Assembly (NCBI GenBank): GCA_030141605.1
Contig: JAQGDQ010000091.1
Span: 62,001 to 126,000 of the forward strand
Reading direction: 5' to 3'
DNA: 64,000 bases
DNA from: Tubiluchus corallicola
Taxonomy: Eukaryota > Animalia > Priapulida
A program made the translations under genes and the position numbers. The notes beneath the pieces are model-generated. The model saw nothing but the letters and a program-made list of their open reading frames with translations. It did not search any database and was not told where the DNA came from. Within the stretch, counting starts at the first letter, position 1, and each line of letters begins with the position of its first letter. Shown here piece by piece: positions 55,423 through 64,000 of this stretch.

Positions 55423-55956
55423 TTGTTGTTGGCATCCTTCTGTCTCAGAAGACAATGGAATGTGCGCCAAGAGTCCGTTATTGATCACATTGGTGGAGCT
55501 GCAGCGTCGACTGTGGCTGCGCAGTGCGATCCGCGCACGCCTGGGCAAGGTGTATGGAGATCCTGAGTTGCCCAGACAACAGGAGCCCCTCTCTTCCTCC
55601 CTGGTGTAGTCCAAAGGAAAGCGGATGATATGTTTGGCACCAGGTTGGCTGCAGGAGCTGCCGGAGTCAGTGAGCATGCTGCACTGGTCCGCCTTCGGGG
55701 CTCCACTCCTGACTTGGAAGGTTTACTCCTTCCTCTACACATGGCCGTTGGGTCACTTGACCTCCTCCGCCCTCTAGCCGTTGGCTGCTTGTACAGCTCC
55801 TCCGCCTAGTGTCGAGATATAGTGTGGGCATCCCGCAAGCCTACAGCACCTGGTATTCCTAGGCGGTTACCCATCCAAGCACTAACCAGGCTCTACGTTG
55901 CTTAACTTCGGTGATCAGACGAGAACCGGTGTTTTCAACGTGATTTGGCCGTAGTT
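55423..55956 (-). mobile_element. 5S rRNA-headed SINE-like element (SINE3 type) with GC-rich body and (CAA)n tail
   Basis: A 120-nt 5S-like head has no oligo-T terminator and runs into about 410 nt of GC-rich sequence ending GAGACAGAAGGATGCCAACAACAA. The body resembles RTE-clade LINE UTRs from memory, not from a search. Confidence 0.65.
55837..55956 (-). rRNA. 5S rRNA-like sequence (probably the head of a retroposon or a pseudogene rather than a functional 5S unit)
   Basis: CTACGGCCAAATCACGTTGAAAACACCGGTTCTCGTCTGATCACCGAAGTTAAGCAACG...TGGATGGGTAACCGCCTAGGAATACCAGGTGCTGTAGGCTT. Internal control region A and C boxes present; first two bases altered; single copy; no TTTT terminator. Confidence 0.85.
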
Positions 55957-58900
55957 AACGCTATAGCACGCTAAATATTGCTAATTTGCTAACAAAGCAC
56001 CGATAGGTAATCAACGCTATCATGTAAAACCTTGATAACCAACTTCTTAAAATGCAAAACCAATTGTATATTTGCTAATTGTTACGAACATGCAACGGCT
56101 TGTTTTACTTCCGCCACGAGCCTTATAATGCTTCCAAGTTTAAAAAAGTAAAACTGCAAGTCAAACACGTCACAATTCCTGCCAATCGGAAACAGGCAAG
56201 GACAATAAATCGTGAATCAAGTCTTCTTCATGTACAATTCAGAAGGCAAAACCAATATAATTTTCATTATTCTACATCAAAGCAGATTTATGTAGCGGCG
56301 CATAGTTTTCGCTTAGAATCGATGGTAACGCCATTTCAAACGCTTTCAGGCAATAAAGCACGCCCAAAGTGACGTGAAGAGACAGACACTATTGATACGA
56401 GGTTTCTACTTCCATCCACAGCAGAAATAAATGACCAGACAGTTGCCAACACAGGTCTATATGTAGGCTATAAGTGCTCTAAATATGACTCTTCTCACTG
56501 ATGCGAAATAAATACTAGCAAGAAAGATGTTCACAAGGCTAAAAAATCGATATTTTATAATGGCCTAATTAGATGTAAATCAAACTATTGAATTTATAAG
56601 GCTATATGTACTTTAAATAGAAAGAGCCTCTCTCTTTCGAGAAATAAACAATAGCAAAAACAAGAATTTTTAAAATTTACGTCGTAATGTGTTCTACAAC
56701 TACACTGGGAACAAAAAAATGAGATAACACGAATTTCTCACTGCAAATAGAATGCTCTAAATATTTTAATCCGTTGCCGATTCCTATGTTTACACAAAAA
56801 AAAATAAAAGCAGAGATGCTACTGGCATGTTCTACAGTATGCATGCAAAAAAAACAGAAAGCACAATGCCAAAGCACAATTTTTGATTTTATTTTTTAAT
56901 ATAATTCTATATTCAGTAAAATGACAATAAATAGTAACAATTTTCTGACTACATGAACATTAGAATTACGAAATGAACATGTTAAGGGATATCATCAACG
57001 ATAACATTTGTTTTGACCCGTTTATACACTACCTGTGTATAGTTAGTTATAAATGTGTTTAAAATATCTCCAATCACCAACGTCAGTATGGGGCCTCCTT
57101 GTTAACATGTGAGCTAACAAGATACACACACTTCTTAATAAGTTAACATGTGTTTCCCTTCATCAATAATCCACGGCTTCCTTTGCACAAATTGGGTACG
57201 TAATAAGCTTTAGCTGAGTCATTACGTGCAAATCACTAGTAATGAATGAACAACATGATCATAGTTAGCAATGAGACACTAATTGAAACTCACAAGTAAT
57301 CTTTTAACACATGGCCAGACGTACTGTGGTCATTTAAATAGGTGTTTTAATGAAGGCACATGAGTTCGACAGACTTTAGTACATTAATGTTTAATTAGCT
57401 ATCCACTGCATTTGTTTTGAGAGACTAATTAGGAAATATTTTTTGTAAGATAATTAGATCTAGGAACTGTTACAGCAGTGCGCATGGAATGTAATAAAAT
57501 TAAAGAAACAAAATGGGCACCATGTTATATGCGTTTACTGACCATCTAATCAGAAAACTAGCAACAGCAATTATATGTGTTATCGCTACTAACAAATGTT
57601 TGCATTTTAGTAAAGGATGAACCCCAAAAAGTTTCCCACATGAATAAAAATAGATATTCCTATTCGTATTATGATCAATAATGTGTCTTAAATTTCCCAT
57701 AAAACCAAAATTTACTACCAGGTTTGGTTAACCGTAATTCTCAAATTAATTTAACTAAGTGTGCTGTTAAAGTCCAATTTTAAAATCATCTCTAATTTAA
57801 TAGTTCAAGAACTAGGGTTAAACCAACCCTGAACAGCAAAGACCTGCCCCCTTTTATTAAATCTAACAGGTGTAGCGTATAGGTAATAAGTCAGGTGAGG
57901 GCGTTAAACTTGAATAATTTATTATTACGACAGAATTTATATTATACCATTCAATGAAAACAAGACTCTTGGATCAAGAATAATTACAATCGCAGGTATC
58001 TTGGGAAAGACAATAACCAGTCCTGTTGTTTTCAACATACTTTATGGTTTCACCACTGGTCAGCTCATAGCAAAGCAGAGAACAAATTAGTAAGTTACAT
58101 AAGCCAAATGCAGCTGAAAAGACAGAGAAACTGATTTGAACATGTGCAGTAACAATGAATTCAAAATAACGATGACGAATCATCTATTTTATGTGATTTC
58201 TCAGATCGGTGAACCTGCCACATATCAGGAAAAATGAGGTCATATGAGATTTATGTCATTGATCGCCTGAACAAAAGTGTATACCGATATCATGGCAACT
58301 AAATTTTTACCGAAATCTATTGATCCCATACGCTGGATAGCTTGACTATCGTAAATGGTTGAGGGTTACCTTACACTGTGTTAAGCTGTGTATTGGGTTG
58401 AAGTTATTCAGTTTCTTAGCTACTAAAAATTAAGTTACTGTACATAGTTTTACCCAATATTACGAAAAATATTGCTGGAAACATACACTTAATGAAAAGT
58501 TATGATAAGTCAGGCGCCTTTAAATTTTTTGCATTGATCAGATATTCAGGTTCATATATGAAAAAAAACTGGAAATAATTTATTGTTGATATTATATGTA
58601 TTCGTTCTTTACCCAACAGACTACAGATTCGATTGTCAAAATCTACATAACTAGAACTACTCATTAGTATAAATGTGTGCATTGTAGTTATTATCCTGTC
58701 GTGACCTCAAATAAGAACCTGTTTAACAGTTCAAGGCAATAGTGGGTAAGCGCATGGTTACTGTCGTCTTATGAATGTGCTTAAATTGACATTCTCCTTG
58801 TAATATCAATGTGTAAATTAATATTCATAAAACGAAGTCTACATTACAATCTACAAAGTTCGGTGACACTTAAATGCTTCAAATATAAAAATATAGGCTA

Positions 58901-61724
58901 CTAGATGAACTTTGTAGTTATCATGTGAAACTTAGAGTGAGACTTTTTCTGATGACACCAGGTACAGTAAGACAGACCAAAGCTCAGAATAGTATTTATT
59001 GCGCGTCTTAATTAAAGTATTAAAATCAAGACGTCTTGATTATTAGCTAACATATTTTCACTGACGATTCATTTAACTGATATTTCTCTTTCATAACACG
59101 GCGCGAAGAAAGCGATCATAAAACAAAATTAAATACACTGTACTGCTTATGTGTACTTTATACTCTCTGGTGATAATAGGGCAAAATTCAGTTAGAGAGA
59201 AGGTTCTTTTTAAACGCCGATTTCTGTGGTTTACTTAAATAAATTTAATACGAGCGTTAATCTTATTCATCATGAGCTAAATGTAAGAATGGATGAATTT
59301 CTTGCACCGCAATGAAAATGAAAACGAACTGCTATAAATTCTTTGCAGATGATATTCAGCGTATCACTTTAGTAGGGCACAGAAAACAAGCCACTTACTG
59401 TACCAAGGCAAATTCGCCAATTCGAGATTACTACTATTATTAACAGCTATTACTATTAATCCGTCCCAATCCTATTCACCTAATCCGAACATTCTTGTAT
59501 GTGCAACCAAAAAACTAGGTTATAGCGCGTGTAGCCCGGAAAACTGTGTGCTCAACTGTTTTGCTTTATTAAAAGGGAAAGTGTTCGAAAAAAGATGGAC
59601 AACAAACACTTGCAGAATGCAGGCCTATAAGGAAAACAAACGAAAGAAACTGAAATACAGTGTTACATTTATGTGTAAGCCATACAGAACTTCAGCAACT
59701 CAGCAATAGACTGATTAGGATTTTAATTCTGGACGTGTTCAAGAAACTTATTGAAGCATTAAACAATAGACCTAATCGTTTCGAACCACTAATTTGGAAT
59801 AAATCAAACTCTAAGAGGAATATTTTACATTAAGAAAGAGGAGAAATAATTGTGTGATCAACTTATATACAAGTTTAACCAACTGGTCAATATCAAATAT
59901 GAATTAGTGATAAATTTAATCACTCAACATCCATTTCTGTCATTCATCATTCACTTATTTCTTTCCATTACCATTGGTACTTTTTCCTGTCCCATTGTTA
60001 ATTTTTTTAAATACACTTAGTTTGCACTTCAATAGTTAGTAATGCAATTCAACGGAGGCTATATGTACATCCTTGCAACACACTCAGTGTATAGCTTTTT
60101 TTATTTACTGTATATCGTTTACCATTGTGTACTGTAGTATTATATATTATTCATTATTGTGTACTGTACCGTTGGCGTGTTACAATAAATTCAATGAAAT
60201 TCAACCTTATTTTTTTCAAATTTTCTTGGTTTCGACTAAACAAAATTAGGCTAGATTTTCTATTTGCATAGTGCATGACACAAGTACTGAATTGCCTTTG
60301 ATTAACCCCATATAGCGTCGACATGTGTACAAGTAGCTGCTGCAACAGATTTCTTGGGTATTATAAGTTCTAGGAGCAAAACGCATAAAGAACAAATGGA
60401 AAACTCATTTTGGCCCACTTCCTAGATAAACACCAATAAACGATTTCACATTAGGAAACGCAATATGAAACGTGAACCAGAAGAGCCGGATGTACAGCAA
60501 GTTCATAGGAAGACGTTACTGTAGCAACTACTCTTTATGTACTTACACAGAATGCGCGTTATAGCCACTAAGACCATACTACGTGCAACAGTTTTATGCA
60601 CGTTAATTTACGTTAATAGAGTATAAAGCAGCGTGGATACTTTCGCAGAACAAGGTGGCCCAGAACTACTGCACACTACATATTTTGCTAACTACGTTCC
60701 TTTGAATATACCAAAGAAAGTTTTAACCACTACGATATATGATTAAACCTTTTAATGTGTCACAAACATGGTGCAGTAAATTAGAATTAGTTTACACGTA
60801 TTCGTTCTAAAATGTCAATCAACTCAACTATAACCACAAGGATAGTTGAAAATCTAAGCAAATTATACCACTGGCCTTACCGATAAATGCAAAAACAATA
60901 TTTTAAAATATATCATATGTTAAAACAATTGCAAATCAGTTTTAAGTTTTTAATTATCCTTTTCAATACAACCTCACTGCATTGCAAAAGTTTCACTTTG
61001 CCACATTTTGTTTCCGTTTGGACATTTATTGCGTTAATTCTGTCAAAGTGAAAGTTGCCGATTTCATATAGCATAATTTTAGGGTGCTTAGTAGCATCGA
61101 GTTAGCGTATATGCAATACATACCGGTATACGCATTACCAAGCTGCCATTTTAGTCGCTACGTAACACACCTGTACGAATAACACCTCTCTTCGCCTCAC
61201 AAGTTGCCAACAAACACTACTCGATACTTTAGACACGAGCGCAGAAATTTCACTGCCACGAACATGAAGTAATGAACTTCAGATTGGTATTGGAAGCTTT
61301 ACGTACGAAGCGTACGTTGTTCATAGCATTCACACATAGATGGCAGCACATTACAATACCTGTTCTTTATGAGGCACAAGATACATTAGCTATTATTGTT
61401 AAACACATATGTCCGTAAAAAAAGAAATTTTTTCACTTCCGTTTCCTAACTCACATTGAAATACAACATGAATTAATTCCTTCTTAAACAAATGTAACTT
61501 TTCAATTATTATTCTCAACCTTTCTTAGACTACCAATTATTATTACGAATGTTTCGTCCGTTTGATAGTGACTCATGCATATGAACTAGACGCATGCAAT
61601 AGTGATATGTTACATAAACACACAGATAAGCGTAACAATAACAAGTACGATACTAGCAAAAGATTTTTGGACATTGGAATACTAAAATAATTTGTAAAGC
61701 ATATAAAGTATATCTGCTTATGAT

Positions 61725-63195
61725 CATAGGCGTACGGGGTCCCTGAATTGGGGGGGGGCAGAGGATCCTTTGCCTGAATTCTTAGAATTTCACCCGATTT
61801 TTAGGCCCCCGTTTCAACAAGTGCAACCTCACTAAGTTTCAGATAGCAAATACAAAAAGGCATCATTTCTGATGACATAAGACCGAACTCATGAAGCTGA
61901 TCAACATTATTTATTAGCCATATTGAAATGTGATGCACAGCATATGATATGACCTATATGGCCAGATAACTTGATAAGCTGTGCTTGTTTGATTATGCAC
62001 AAGCACCTGGATCATTAGTTTCAAAGATTGTCATAGCTTATGGTATAAACAGTGCCCTAAGAACCAGAAGTGCGGCGCTAACTTCCAGAACAGAACAGTT
62101 TACTTCCAGTGAACACTGAATGACTGAGATGACAGAGCAATGGACCAGTAAAGAGGAATTATCCATATTTCATGACTGATATATGAATCGGTTACATAAT
62201 CTGTCAAATTACCAGGCAATCACCACACAAGATGCAAGAATTAAGAATGCATCTCACGTTGGTTAAATTAGCTCAGAAAAACATGATCTTTTATGCTTAG
62301 AATCAGGTGTCATGACAAATACAGCACTTTCGAAAAACCAAAAATCAACGAATCTAAAACTAATCCAGAAGAAAGAATCCTCCGGCAAGAGATCCCTATC
62401 TGCACATCAAAATCGAAAACAGAAGTGTTGAGCCAAGCAATTTGACAAACTAATTTGACGGAGCAAAACTGAGAACTGACACCATCAACGATAAGCGAGA
62501 AAAGGCCACATTTTGATTTTTGTGCCCCTTTCTGCAAAGATGTATGATGTTTCTGAAATAATTGCGACTCCTTAAATGTTTCAGTTCTCCTTCAGCGCCA
62601 AACAAACGATGGAAAATACGGAAAATCAATGAGCGCACACAATACAGGCGTGAGTCCAGATCCTAAATAGATAAAGGACCAGAAATCGGAAAGCACAAAG
62701 TCGGGATTTTGTAAATAATATGAAATAATGGGGAACTTGTATTTGATAATCGCTGGCGAACAATCAGTGTGCGCGCACCGAAGACAGGAAGCGAAAAGAG
62801 TTTTACAAACAATCGGAGACCTGCAGAGAACCTAGCAACTAGTATATTTTCAATTTTGCAAATGCTAATTGTTTCCAGATCACTCTCACTGTCAGTCCTG
62901 GACCGGGAGTCGGCGTGGACGACACCTCCTGTGAGATCAAAATTCGGGCATCCAGGTGCATGGCATAAATATTGCTCTCCCAAGATTCGGGCCATATTTG
63001 AATTCCAGGAAAAAATAAGGCGATGACGATTGAAATCTCAAAAAATATCAATTTTGAAGTTGAAAAAACCATTTTCTGAAAATATAAAGGGCAGTTCTGC
63101 CAGAGTTCGGCATCAATTTTGCCCGAATTTTTTGAAACCCAAAAATTTAGGGAGGTGCAGTCTAACCCGCCCCCCCCCCACCCCGTACGCCAATG
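61725..63195. mobile_element. Non-autonomous hAT-type DNA transposon, about 1.47 kb
   Basis: TIRs CATAGGCGTACGGGG and CCCCGTACGCCAATG, subterminal TTTGCC(T/C)GAATT repeats, and an 8-bp TSD CTTATGAT (61717-61724) / CTTAAGAT (63196-63203), 7 of 8 identical. Confidence 0.8.
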
Positions 63196-64000
63196 CTTAA
63201 GATATGTGCAACTGTGCATGTCATTAAGGAACAGAGACCTTGCTTTCTAAATAAACACGACTTACGTTCTGCTGCTGAATCAAAATAGCTTCCAAAGCAC
63301 CAAAAATGTGAGCATTTAGCTGTGAGCATGAACATTTAGGTGTACAAGTTTAGCACATCCTTCTGTATGCAGCAAGCACAAAGTACATGAGAAATTATTG
63401 TGCACAGTAAAATATGTGCATTTTATTAAGTACTAGAAGTAATACTAATCAATACATTTTTAAGATTACCAACAAGATATGTGCATAGTTATAAAAAGTT
63501 ACATAAAGATATCTTTTAGTACTTTAGATAAATATAAATTACAGTACTTTATGACCCATTTGTACATACCAGTAATTTAAATGTTCTTTCTGCTATTAAA
63601 AGCTCAAAAGAAGAAGTTTTAGCAGTAACATCATGGTCGAATGTGAGTTATGCAGTATGCAAAGTATACGACCTGTGCCTTTCGATATTCAACAATCATC
63701 AATTTTACACTTTTACTACATAAAATGTGCAATGAGTTCACAGCTTTAATGAAATGATACACACACTTGACTACTTCGGGTGACTGAGAAAGATTATATG
63801 TAAGTCAGTGGCCTAAATACTTCCATATGCTAGTTTAAAGTTACACCATTAATTGATATCCGAAGCAATCTACATTCAGTGGGATGTCTAAACAATATGT
63901 TTACATATGATGATATGTAAAACAACATGTTATTCTTATTTGTAAAATCAACACAGACATTTAGCATCTCTTTAAAATATTGTACACTCGATTTGAAATG

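Noticed and set aside
55345-55742. 110-aa and 85-aa minus-strand ORFs
   Set aside because: They lie in the GC-rich SINE-like body where stops are rare; overlapping frames and no recognisable domain.
55837-55956. Functional 5S rDNA unit or a 5S-U1 linked repeat
   Set aside because: Single copy, no terminator, altered 5' end, and about 31 kb from the U1 copy, so not the tandem 5S-snRNA unit known in some invertebrates.
62310-63219. Cluster of 62-126 aa ORFs
   Set aside because: Inside the hAT-type element, overlapping on both strands, with no recognisable motifs.

Overview
AT-rich, intron-rich invertebrate (probably non-insect bilaterian) nuclear DNA. Manual splice-site reading gives four protein genes: the 5' part of a probable large-Maf/traffic-jam transcription factor (minus, runs off the left edge); a 14-exon RFX6-like gene (plus, 11836-22249); and two tandem 11-exon polypeptide GalNAc-transferase (pgant9/gly-5-like) paralogs on the minus strand, GALNT-A (37866-52587) and GALNT-B (22876-32595). 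GALNT-A has two duplicated, probably mutually exclusive exons for the lectin alpha repeat and a candidate 21-nt microexon. GALNT-B keeps the catalytic motifs but has no CLD lectin motif and has an AT instead of AG acceptor at exon 6. The most striking observation is a full-length U1 snRNA copy lying antisense in the GALNT-B intron where GALNT-A has its second alternative exon. On the GALNT-B strand it is bracketed by a branch point, pyrimidine tract and CAG at one end and a perfect CAG|GTAAGTAT donor at the other, defining a 153-nt in-frame exon with a premature stop. The window also has a 5S-rRNA-headed SINE-like element with a tandem covarying RNA motif, several non-autonomous DNA transposons, LINE relics and microsatellites. 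All gene models were read by eye and need transcript confirmation.
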